Part shown: piece after piece, positions 12,035 through 23,455 of the stretch
Layout of the letters: every line of letters begins with the position of its first letter
How positions within the stretch are numbered: the first letter of the stretch is position 1
Origin: Cladosporium halotolerans
Lineage: Eukaryota
Assembly (NCBI RefSeq): GCF_011745625.1
Contig: NW_027191468.1
Location: 434,001-498,000, forward strand
DNA length: 64,000 bases
Direction: 5' to 3'
Program-made: the position numbers and the translations under genes
The notes under the pieces: model-generated
The model's input: only the letters and a program-made list of their open reading frames with translations
Told to the model about the DNA's origin: nothing
Databases searched by the model: none

Positions 12035-12650
12035 TTTGGCGGCTGCAATGTTTATTGTCTAGCAAAGCATCTCAGGCCTGTGACTCTCGAGTCGCGTGTA
12101 GTCGGAGCTGCGAGGGAAGCTTGGGCCAACTGGCTGACATCATTTCACAGCCGTCAGTTTTCGTCCTGGACGCAGCGTCGTGCGGCAAATGTGAAATGTT
12201 ATGGGGTACATGGTAAGGTAGAAACCATTAATTATCGCTTACCGCTTTGCACTCAGTTTGAGATCACGTATCGTCGCCTGACGGCTAGCTCTGCAACGCT
12301 GCTCTCGTTTGGGATTCATCGACGCATGCGCGTTTGTTGAACTTGCAGCAGCTTCAATAGCTGCTGCAGCCAGACATGGGAGGCTTCGAGATTGTCGGCC
12401 AAATGTCTTCGGTCGAGAGCGCGCTCGAGAGCGACGAAATTATGGCCTTTCAGCATAAGCCGTTACAACAGATGATGTTTGAACCCATCAACCGGAACGC
12501 TGACGGATGTCGATCTGCCCCTCGGTAATCTGTGCCTAGCGGATCCAATCGCGTTCTATAGAATGAAGTCATTGCCCCTCCTTGGTGGAGGTACAGCAGA
12601 CAACAGCTCGAACTAACTGCAGGTATTTCTAATACCAATTCCACTTGATC

Positions 12651-13607
12651 ATGCTACGACTTCCCCTCTTAACCCCTCAAATTTGCAAAGCGCTCCCAAC
12701 CGTAACTTCGTCTCTACGCACCAAAGTTGTGAGAACAGCCAGCAAACAACCCTTTGAAATCTGCAACAAGCTCGGCATCAGAGCACTCGCGACCATGTCT
12801 ACGCAGTCGAAGGCTTGCTGCACCGTCCCGCCGGTCGTCAGCGAGGGCTACAAGGAGAAGGGCGAGTGGACCACCATCAATGGCATGAAGACCTACGCCA
12901 CCGGCCCCAAGGATGCAAAGTCCGCCCTCCTCGTCGTCTACGACATCTTCGGCTTTTTCCCGCAAACCCTCCAGGGTGCCGACATCCTTGCGCACGGCGA
13001 CAAGGAGCACCAGTACCAGGTGTTCATGCCTGGTAAGCGATTTATCCTCAGCGGCTTAAACAGCATTGAGTGATGGCTGACATTACACCTTCCAGACTTC
13101 TTCGATGGCAAGCCCGCCGACATCTCCTGGTACCCTCCGGACACCGACGACAAGGGCAAGAAGCTCGGCGAATTCTTCTCTACCCAGGCCGCGCCGCCCA
13201 AGACCCTCGAGCGTATTCCCAAGGTTCTCTCGGAGATTCAGAGCCAGCGCTCCAACATCAAGGAGTGGGGTGTGGTCGGATACTGCTGGGGCGGCAAGAT
13301 CGTAAACCTGAGCTCCCAGGAGGGCACACAATTCAAGGCCGCCGCCTCTTGCCACCCTGCCATGGTTGACGCGAACGACGCTCCCGGTATCAAGATCCCG
13401 TTCGCCATGCTGCCGTCCAAGGACGAGCCGAAGGAGGACGTCGAGAAGTGGCACGCCGCCGTTAAGACCAAGAACGTCGTCGAGTGGTTCCCCAACCAGG
13501 TTCACGGCTTCATGGCTGCCCGCGGCGACCTCAAGGACCCGGCGGTCAAGGCCGACTACGAGAAGGCCTACCAGCTTCTCCTCAACTTCTTCCACGAGCA
13601 CATGTGA
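12651..13607 (+). CDS. Dienelactone hydrolase family alpha/beta hydrolase (AIM2-like); intron 13033-13095; alternative start at 12795
   Basis: ACC..PP N-terminal motif, YDIFG, nucleophile motif GYCWGG and HGF. Codons become strongly C/G-ending after ATG 12795. Confidence 0.9.
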
Positions 13608-13900
13608 GTGAAAGCTTTCCCTTTCATCTCGAAACCATTCTGACTTTCATCGCTCCAGGTCTTAGGCTCGATCGAATAATGACTGATATGGTGACATCCT
13701 CTAGGCACGCAGGCTCGTCCTCGAAGATATAGTCGGTCTAGGATGTCGAAGTTTTACCAGGCTCATGAGTACATAATGAGAAATGAACAAGTTTGGACCT
13801 GCTTTCAATTTATATGCCCAAGTCCAGGTACGTGCTCAGTGGCCCCAAGGTCGGGTAGTACACCCTAATGGCTGCTCGTCAAGTCGCGTGTTTCGGCTCG

Positions 13901-14368
13901 TTATCTGTACTAAGGTCAAGGCTCGCCCTCAAACCACGTGCTTACCACGCTTATCACTCTACCTTGTAAACTGCCAAGCGTCATGCAAGTCATCCGGCCC
14001 GTATGTCGCTGGGAGAGCATATGCTCGAGTCTGATAAGTACCGTTGCAGGGCAATCATCACGCGACCGCTTTCTCCACGTTTGCGGAGCCCCAGGCTCTA
14101 AGATCATGGCGCGTTATCCAGATAACATCGGTGTCGCAATCTTGATAGGCAGCGATCTTGGACACGAGGGATGATAGCGCAAGGTCACGTGGCGGTCAAG
14201 ACTGCCCGAGTAGGCAGGCAAACTGCAGCACCACCGTCGTTCGGCGCCCAGGCCGCAGATCGTGCTTCGGAGGGATGGCGCTGTTTTGCGACATGCGTGC
14301 GCCAGGCGATTCGTGGACAGCACGACGCCGCTTATCGTCTTGCAGTTGGCGTGATAGATATGAGATAG
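13901..14368. promoter_or_regulatory. Cluster of nine HGATAR (AreA/GATA-factor) sites
   Basis: HGATAR on either strand at 13901, 13951, 14032, 14120, 14143, 14172, 14332, 14352 and 14363. Extra GATA cores at 14114 and 14356, two more sites at 14786 and 14807, and CACGTG at 13935 and 14186. Confidence 0.6.
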
Positions 14369-17300
14369 GTCGTGATCTTGTCGTGCTGGCGCGAAACGTA
14401 TAAGAGTCCTATGAAGTTCGGCTGGCAGATTTTCTGCACCACTCGAGCGAGTCGATCGTGTGCGCTCTTGCCTACAAGACGATGCTCCACCCCACTGGGC
14501 GACGGTCCCTGATCTCTCTACAATTGCCGACTCCCACTCCCTTCCTGTCTGGCCTCGTCACCGGCTGCCGGTGAATTGCACCAATGCAAGAACTCCATAT
14601 CACTCGCGCTCATCTGGACTAGGAGCTCTCTTGGGAACCCACGCCGTCCGACGCAGCCTCGCTTGCTCCTGCCCAACAGCGCCATATGCCCATGGAGGAC
14701 GTGTAATTCTTCCGTGACCCCCAAACATATCCGGCTCGTCGGATGAATGCTCCGCCACTCGCGCCAACAGCTGCCGGACCACCCTTTATCTCTGTCGACC
14801 CCACCGCTATCTCGTAGCTGCGGGCACTTGGGCCACCACCCACACGAGCACACCCACTCCCGCCGAGGCTTTGCATCGCCCACGCTGCACAGCAAAGCTA
14901 CCCGGCCACCTCCACGCCAGATCAGCGAGTCGAAACGCCACCGGCATGCGATCTTCACGGTCTCGAGTGGGATTTCTGCTCTTTCCGGCCATCGCGTCTG
15001 CCGAGGCTGCGTGTGCGTGGAAGTGGCAGGCGACGGCGGTGTCTCTGCCTGTCGCCTCAGCCTCACGTTACTTTTCGCCGAGTAATGCACCCGCCCACTC
15101 CGCTGTCTGACACGCTAGGGAGATGTGCCTTGTAGGGGGACCCCCACAAGGCCTCGTCGGCCTCATCACAACCGGCTGCGCAACACGACCGCTGAGATCC
15201 TTCGTGGCTGCTGGCCAGCTCGTTGAGAAGGGCATGCACCAGGTGTCGGAGCAGACCGTATCGCACACGCTGCCGTGTCTGGTCTGGGCCGCTGCAACAA
15301 TATTGCTGCGGATGCTCTCGTACTGCGACAAGCGGGTTCAGGCGCTGGGCGGCGCTGGCTGGCTCGCACTGGCATGTGAGAGCAAAGCCCGCGCGACCGG
15401 AGAACGAGAAACTTTCGGCTGGTCTGGGACTTGCGCCTCGCCGCGGTAGACTTCTCGTTCCCGCTCGTTTTCAATTACACCGCTCGGTGAGCAAGAAGGT
15501 AAAGTTTTTTGAACGCTTCGGAAAAGTGACGTCTGCAAGACATTCATTTTACGCTTACCACCGTCCGCACGTCTAGGCAATCCTTAGACGACCGACTTGC
15601 GCTTCTCCCCATGGGCGATTAAGTAACATTTTCTTCTCCAGGTCCAGAGGCGCCCAGCCTTATCTGCATTTCTACGGGTCCGTCGTCTGGCAAGGAATCA
15701 CACCGGCGTCCCACCGGCTCCACCTCAGTCTTCGACGTCGCAACCCTGCTTCTCCCGGTGCTTCCAGCGCGCGGGACACACGCTCGCAAGAACGCAGCGT
15801 GTGAGTCGCGCGCGGTTGGCATTCTCCGCCCGCCTGCGTGTGCTAGACCTGCAGTTCTCGTGGTTGGCTCCGCCTATGTACGACCGAGTCGTCGTTTGAA
15901 CAAGGACCCTGGCGATTGCTGCTTGCGCCATGGGCTCCACCTGTCTGCAAACTAGTACGCGACATGACTCTAGATCACCGCGAGGACTTGAGCGGACTGG
16001 CCGATGAGGTTCACAAGGGACTTCGGCATGGTCAGGGTACACCCGTTTTTGGCAAAAGCGCACGCGAGGACGCGAAACAGTCGTGTGCGCGATCGCCGAA
16101 ATGTGTTGCTTTTTAGGCGTGCAGCCACGCCAAAAAGAAAATGAGCTTCCCCAGCCTGGAATTCGCCCGTCGGAGTTTGTCTTATCAGCGGCCACGCGCC
16201 CTAATGGCCGTTCACACGCCGCTTGACAGGTCAAGCGCTGAGCGCCTCAACGGTCCAACGTCATCGGTCCTTTACAACTGCACCAGAGCCGTGCGATATT
16301 CGACTCCGCAGAGGTAGGAACATCACATCGCACGATTCGGACGAGTCGAGCGTATGTGGGCTGTAGCAACATCGCCTATGCGCTCGATCAGCGCATCGAA
16401 ACTCTGCAGAATGCCCTCTCCATCTCCAACAACGGAACGCGTCGCCATCTTCCGGACCACCTCGCTCCACCTGACTCGCGGCCGACCCTGGACAACTCCA
16501 GATCCCGCAGACATTGCTCCATATAGCTATATACATTCATTGATTGTCTTGATCCTAGTCGCTGCCCCACCCGTGCTCCAGACATCCAGCAGGACGTTTC
16601 AATATTAATCGTGCCCGCACGCTCCCACGCACGCCGGACACGCGACGTCGGACGAAAGCCGACGCTGAGTTCGCGCGCGGCGTTTGCCGACATAAGGCCC
16701 AGAAGCCAAATGCACCGCCCTGCGGACAAGCACTTGTCTCGAGCGTCCCACTTGTGGCGCTCAACTTGCTCCCTGCGCCGAAGCGCAACCCTAACGTCAT
16801 CCCCAGACGCTCGCTCAAACAGCCCAGAGGAAAAAAAAAAAAAGGTCAAGGCCCCGGACCCCGGCTGCAGGGCCGGGAGAAGGCTGGCATTACAGCGGGC
16901 GGGCAGGCAGGCGGGAGGTCGACGAGCCTGTAGCAGGGCAGCTAGGTGAGCAAGACGGCATGTCCTGCTCTAGCGATCGAGGTGCAGCAGACACGATCGA
17001 GGCGCGCCTCGGCCGCGATCCGTCCCAGCGCAGAGGAAACGGCGTCGCGTACGAGCAGCAGAGACGCGGCGGCGCACGACAAACGAGTGCGCGGGCGCTG
17101 CTGACCCTGGCCGTGCCCACGACTCGGCTCTGGCGACGAACGGACGCTTTGACATGTGATTGGGCCTGCGAGGGCGTGCATGCAGGGGCCCACTGGCCTT
17201 TTCATCCACCGTGCGGCTTCCATCCCACGCGGCGCATGCGGCGTGGTGGAGGCCCTCGCCCGCGCTTCTGCGGCTGCTTCTGCTGTGTTTCTGCGAGAGC

Positions 17301-18057
17301 TAGCGGGCGGCCGCGCGAGCCCGCCGACAGGGCCGCGCCACGGTTGGAGAGAGGCCGAGTTATTGCCTTGCAGCGGGCGTCGCTGGCCGCTGGGCGCTGG
17401 AGCTTCGGTTACTGCTAGTCGTCCGCGCGTGAGCCTCTGGCCTGCGCAGGCTGCACCGGCTGCACAGGCTGCGCTACTGGAGAGAGCAGCGCGCCACGGC
17501 CGGGGCAGCAGGGCCCGGTTGAGAGGTGGGCGAGGTGGGCGAGGTGGGTTGCGGGCGGTGGGCTCGCTGCTGGGTTGTGGGCTCGGTGACGGCAGCCAGG
17601 GCTTGACTTGACGCTCGCCGCTGCACGCTGGACTGCCGTTGCTGGCGCGCTTCCTCCCACTAATAAACCCACTGCCACTTTAACCCACCCTGTGCCTGCG
17701 CTTTGACTTCCGCCGGCGCCAGTAGAGCGAAGGTAGTCAGCATTTCGCCCGGCCCAAGACATATCGCTGGTAGTCCCTGGCTGCCCTTGTGCCCGGTCGC
17801 GCCCGTGACGACCAGCCGACACCTGCAGTATTACCACGCCTGGCGCTGCTGCGACTGGCCGCAGTCATACCAGCCCGTCCCTCCGCCGCCACTCCAACAC
17901 CACCACCACCACCGCGCCCGCCAGCACTCCTGCCCGCCCTCCGCGACACACCTTGCACTGCGCCCGCCCCCGAGTAGTCGCGTGCTCTGTCGCGCAGCAT
18001 TCCGCCCCCGACCCGGCGGACTTTCTTAGCAGCGACGCAGCCAGCCGGCCCACGGCC

Positions 18058-20985
18058 ATGCCCCAAGCCCACGGCGGCCGGGCGGCGCAGCGTGGGGGTC
18101 CTCTGCGAACGCCCGATGCCCTCGCCGACGACTTCATGGACTCCAACGCCGCCATTGCCTTCGGCGTCGACAAGGCCCTCGCCAGCCATACCTCGCCCTC
18201 GTCGCCGCGCAACGTGCGCATGCCTCCCTCGCAAGTCGACCCCACCGTCTCCGGCTCCTCGTCCGCGATCCAGTCGCTGACTTCGGCCAGCACGCTGAGC
18301 ACGCTCGAGGGCAGGCTGGACGGCTCGCCCAGCGAGGCCACCGCCCGCCAGGGCCTGCTGCAAGACTCGTTCCTGGACCAATGGAGGGATGACGGCGTGG
18401 AGACCGAGACGCCCGAGGACATGCAGAAGAACGACCCGCTGGGCACGCAGATTTGGAAGTTGTACGCCAGGACAAAGGGCCAGCTGCCGAACAGCGAGCG
18501 CCTCGAGAACTTGACGTGGCGCATGATGTCGATGAACTTGCGGAAAAAGGAGCGCGAGAGGCTGCAGCAAGGGTATGCGTTTTGGGTGTCTCCATCTATT
18601 GTCTTTGCTTACTAACGACGGCGAAATTACAGGCTGCCCTCGCGACCACCGCAACAGGCACGCAACGCTCCCAGTGGAATCGCTCAGCTGAGGCAGTCCT
18701 CCGATCAGACTATCAGGCCCGCGAACACCGATGAACCGATGAATCTGGACGACTTCATTGTACCCACATCCATCGGCACACCCGCAGGCATCTCGCCTAC
18801 CCCCTCAAGTGCAGTCGCCGACTTCGAGTCTACGCCTGCGACTGCTTCTGGTATTGCTATCAACAGACGCCAGCAGCAGATTCAAGATGATGAGTTCAAT
18901 CTATCTCGAGCTTCAGCTCCCTCTGTCGGTCCTTTCGAGCAAGGCCGCGCCCTGAACGAGTTTGGCTATGTGCCCAGGCATGTGCGGAAAACAAGCATTG
19001 ACGAGCGAAGGGTCAGTCCTTGATTACTAGTTTTTCGCGTCATGATTCAGAATCAAACTAACAGCGTGTAGCCACCTAAGCGACGAGCCGAAGCCTCGCC
19101 TCAGGTACCGCCCGTCAGTAACCACTCCCTCCTGGACCACAATGTACCGGCCGAAGCAGCACTGCCAGACTACTCTCTGGATGGCTCCAGCTCGGCGCAA
19201 ACGCTCCGTCCCAACATCCCTCAGGGGTCATTACCCTTCAACCTCGACACTTTTAATCTCGAGAACGACCCAATCATTAACTCCGCGGGACCGATGCAGA
19301 ACAACTTCAACTTCTCGCCAGTTGGCTCACCTATGATGAACAGTGGAGGGTTCAGCAACATGTACGGCATGCCAACTTCGATGCCACAGTCGCAGGCTCC
19401 TAGTAGTTTTCACTCACCCGTTGGATCGACCTTTCACTCTACAGTCTCGACACCTCAGCCTATGCCGGAAGAACAGATGTATTTTGGTCAGCAGCACCAA
19501 ACACATTATGGTTCTATGCCCAACTTCTCTCAGCACCACGGCCAAACCCCGTCTCACGGTTCTATGCCGCAGCAGCAATATGTCTTCAACCCCAACGGCG
19601 AATCCATGTTCAGCGCCCTGACCTCCGCCAGCCAACCGAGCTCTTTCAGCCAATCCGCATTCCAGATGCCCAGTAATTTCGATAGTCAGCACATGCGACA
19701 CGATTTTGGCGGCCCGAGCAGTCTTCCTTTTGGCCGCACCGAGAACATGTTCACTTTCGGCGCTGACTCCGACAACGACGAGGATGATGTGATGTCTTTT
19801 GGCGACCAAAGCATGTCCCAGAGCTTTTCGCCTATGGACGACAATCTTTCAGTGTCAGACGTGCCGAACAGCTACCAGTGGGAGCAGAACCTGTCCAACC
19901 AGTTCAACCCCACAGCTGCTCGATATCCCGGCGGTCCACCTCGCAAAGGTGTGACTATTGGGCACGCGGAGATGATTCCGTCTCCTCAGCAGCAGCAGGG
20001 TGGGTGGGACCAGGGCGGACTTGGTAGAGGACATGCTTCTTCCGCTTCGGTCAGCGACGTACGCAACCGTAGCGGACCGCAGCGAACACGGAAGATCCCT
20101 CGTACGACTTCGACACCGAACACTGTTGGCATGGCCACTGGCATGTTCTCGATTCGCCCGCAATCCTCGCCCAACTCACCGCCCGAGTCTAACTTCAGCT
20201 CTGCAGCTCCCTCCAGACCTGGCAGCCCACGTCCTGGCGGCGACAGCAGCGTTCCTACGACTTGTACTAACTGCTTTACGACTACTACACCACTTTGGCG
20301 CCGCAACCCGGAGGGTCATCCTCTCTGCAACGCCTGCGGCTTGTTCCTCAAGCTGCATGGTGTGGTTCGACCATTGAGTTTGAAGACTGATGTTATCAAG
20401 AAGCGCAACCGCGGCAGTGGCAACCCTTCGACTGGCACTTCTTCGCGATCGAAGAAGATGGCTAGCCGCAAGAACTCGATCGCGCAGTCCACGAACACGC
20501 CATCGAGGACTTCCGCCAACGACGCAGACTCGCCGAAATCAACCGCAGGCTCGGCTGGTACTGGCACTGCGGCTACCACTCCTACGAGTGCTGCCTCGGA
20601 GAAGCCGACGACGAAGAACCCGATTGCCATCGCACCTGGTCCGCCGAAACCTACTCCGATCGCACCCGCGTCAGCCCCTACGCGCGCCATCCCGCCGAAG
20701 AAACAGAGAGGTCAGAGCAAAACGTCCAACACTCTGAACCAAGACACGGAGATGGGCGACGCGGATGACATGAGCCTTGGCGGTGGCCTCAGGAGCAGGA
20801 AAGACGCGCAATCAAAGGTGTCACCGATGCACGGCCAGTTCTCATCGCAGCAGAACACCATGCCCATGCAAGCTGCCATGGGTCCGCAGGGTGGCAGCGC
20901 TTCTGGACCGCAACCACCTCCCGGCGTCCCTCCCAACATGATGACTGGCCCGCAGGAGTGGGAGTGGCTCACAATGAGCCTGTAA
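18058..20985 (+). CDS. areA: Global nitrogen regulator, GATA zinc-finger transcription factor AreA/NIT-2; exons 18058-18572, 18633-19011, 19072-20985
   Basis: [11 protein letters not shown]...[14 protein letters not shown] (DUF1752), [30 protein letters not shown] finger [50 protein letters not shown], and C-terminal [10 protein letters not shown]. Confidence 0.97.
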
Positions 20986-21971
20986 GTGATGTCTGAGAAT
21001 GAAAGGCATGCAACGCCAATGCGAAGGAGCGATTAGGAGTATGAAGGTAGACGGGCTACGATGATATACACCAAGAGTGTTCGATGATACCCGGGCGCGC
21101 CCTGAGCCGGCACCACTCCGTCCATCTGCAACAGGTGCGGAGAGGAGCGGCGGCGATAGGGCGCGCTCAAATCCCTGCACACGCAGCTCTTCGCGGCCGC
21201 CGGAAGCACTCATTTTTCCTGGCAGCCACGGAGTACGATTACCCATCTCGAGGAGCGGACTGTTACATCTGATTACTTGTTCTTTTGCAATTTATTCCAC
21301 GCGCGCGCGCGGCACCAGCTCCCGGACCTCGCAACATCTCTGGGACATTTCGATTCTATCAAACCCCCTTAACTTATTCTGTTTACACCACCTGGATTCC
21401 TCGGACGCGGCGGCTTGAATGAAATACCACGATTCAAGCCCGGGTTCGCCTCGCGCTCAGTTGCTCGCTACGTCACGGCTTGTTGGGAAGATGATACACC
21501 ACTGCTTTTTCTATTTCACCCCCTTTCGCCATGCTCTGCTTCGGTTAAGGGTTGGCTTGAGAGATTTTTCGATGATCCCCGCGATGGCCGTCTGCGCCTC
21601 GACCTGTCGCTTTTGTTGTTTCTGATTTCTGGTAGCGGGCTTTTGATTGGTTTTCGGCGATGAGCCATATGTGGCAGGATTTCTGTTTTTTTTGGCTTTG
21701 TCTTTAGTTTCTGACACGAGATCACGACTATTCTTGTATAGAGGAATCACTATTCGCTGTTACACATAAGCCTGCTTCACAGCCCGCACACTCTCGCTCT
21801 TGATCATGTCGGCGACTTCGATTTACAGAGGAATCTTCACCTGACCGCTTGGCCTGTGGGAGAATACAGCCCGCCCAACACCAACCTCAGCTCCCACAGG
21901 CAACAACCTTCAACGCCTCTTCTCCAGCACCTTGCCAATCGAGGCAGGATGACCGATGAAAAAGCATTGAT

Positions 21972-22080
21972 TCCAATCAGGGCCACTTGATCCTCATGTT
22001 AATTTCCGCGTCACCGGGGCCTCCACAATAAATCAGAGGCCTCCGCGCAGGCCGGAAAGAGGTGTCCTCATCAGCTCGGA
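21972..22080 (-). ncRNA. Candidate box C/D snoRNA-like RNA, about 110 nt
   Basis: Minus strand reads TCCGA-GC-TGATGA (box C, 22073-22068) ... CTGA (D', 22036-22033) ... ATGAGGA (C', 21997-21991) ... CTGA (box D, 21980-21977)-TTGGA. The terminal stem TCCGA/TTGGA has canonical 2-nt spacing and extends with GAT/ATC. No guide target was verified. Confidence 0.4.
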
Positions 22081-23455
22081 TATCTCAGCATATTGCGTGC
22101 TGTCCCCCAAGGTCCCCTCTCAAAAAGTCCCCGAAGGAACGATTGGCCGCTCCACCCAACACGCTCAATTCCGTCAATGTCGCCCACTGCGCGTGAAACC
22201 CGCGTCGACCGATCGGTACCACCCTCTCGGTCTCCGCGCGCGCGCGCCCCAGAACCTCTGTTCAGATCCGCTCTTCTGTCCGCCTTAAGGGGCCCGGACC
22301 GCCCCAGCAGCCCCGGCAAATCGCTCGCAGCAGCTCCGGCGGGCTACTCTTGAACCATCGCACCGCCTCGCTCGCGGGGCTCTTCGCTCGCCTCGCAGTG
22401 CATGTGATGGGAGCTCACGCCGCGCCGTCGGAACGCTGCACCGCCTCTTCTCTCCAGGCCAGTGGAGGGGTTCAATCCTGGTGGCCGTCTTGGCCCTCCG
22501 GTCACCGCCGCCCGGTGGTGGAGGATGGTGATGTTGCTGGTGAAGTGAGGTTGGGCGAGGCGGTACCATGTCAAGGCCGGCGACGAGGTGTCGCCAGCGA
22601 TGCTAGAAGGTCAGCTTTGAAGAGGAGGCCGACAACTTACCCGTCCCTGGTCTACTAGCCGTTTCTGGGAGTGACGGCGTTCCTGTCCGAAGACTTGGAT
22701 CAATACCGTCGACCGACCGGATGCTTCGTTAATGACCAGCTTCAGTCAGGGTCGGAGGGTCTTGAGGGGATCTGAGGATCGAGGGGGTTGTAGTTGCGCC
22801 TCGAGAGAAAATGGAGCGAGAAGTACGCGAAAGGAAAGATGGAAGAGAAGGGGAACAGCCGTCTGGGTGAATGGGTTGTCAGGCCCGTGGCCGTCAGGCT
22901 GTGGTGAGGAGGCGGAAGGGGTGAGGTAAATGAAGGGGAGGTTGGTGGTGATGTGCTGTGGTGGATGAAGAGTCGAGGTAGGTCGAAGCTGAGCGGGCGG
23001 CAAAACCAATATGTTTACGTTGTGCGCCAAGAGCGCGTTTGCTCCCGTGTCGCGGCAACGGGACGCTGTGTTGATATACAAAAGCGGAAGGAACGGGGGA
23101 GGCGAGGTACTGAGGCGGTCTGAGAGTTACTCACCTTGGGGTATGTCGCGTGAATATCGACGCGTCGGTGTTGTGGTATCAAGGTCGATTTTTGTCGGTG
23201 GATGTAAGTGAGGTTAAGTCACGTGGGTTAGCTCCCGATCATTTGGCAACCCCAGCTTGAGACGCCAAGTACCCTCAATCAACAAAGCGACGAACACAAA
23301 CAGGATTGATCACTGAGACCATAGAGTAACTCGATTCTAGATGCGTATATACAGTACCAGTCATGACTCCCATTCAACGCCATCGCTAGAAAGCTAACAA
23401 CCAAGCCGACAAATGCAAGCAAGAATCATCTGATCTAGTCTTTCATCTACAACGA

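Noticed and set aside
13724..13736. Group I intron S-element-like AAGATATAGTCGG
   Set aside because: No P, Q or R elements nearby. The sequence is explained by the SKI-stop codons in the hydrolase 3' region.
16786..16795. Telomerase RNA template-like CAACCCTAAC
   Set aside because: It differs from the TAACCCTAA template reported for Pezizomycotina TERs, and I see no pseudoknot, CR4/5 or downstream ATAAGT processing site. A 9-mer match can occur by chance.
14460..17900. Many short overlapping ORF-track entries upstream of areA
   Set aside because: Arg/Ala/Pro-rich translations typical of GC-rich non-coding DNA, with no family motifs or consistent codon bias.
22000..22075. Hammerhead ribozyme (minus-strand CTGATGAG ... 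GAAA)
   Set aside because: Stem II is not closed by the required G-C pair before GAAA, and no NUH cleavage site with compatible stems I and III is present. The box C/D reading fits better.
22055..22110. TPP riboswitch (minus-strand GCTGAGA...TGAT)
   Set aside because: No UAAU-type L5 loop or GCG element, and no thiamine-related gene nearby.
22040..22400. RNase MRP RNA on the plus strand (AAAGTCCCCG near 22123 could pair with CGGGGCTC near 22375)
   Set aside because: It lacks the G of CR-I, the AC and terminal A of CR-V, and a clean GARAR P8 loop. The first motif is simply the complement of a minus-strand UUCG hairpin.
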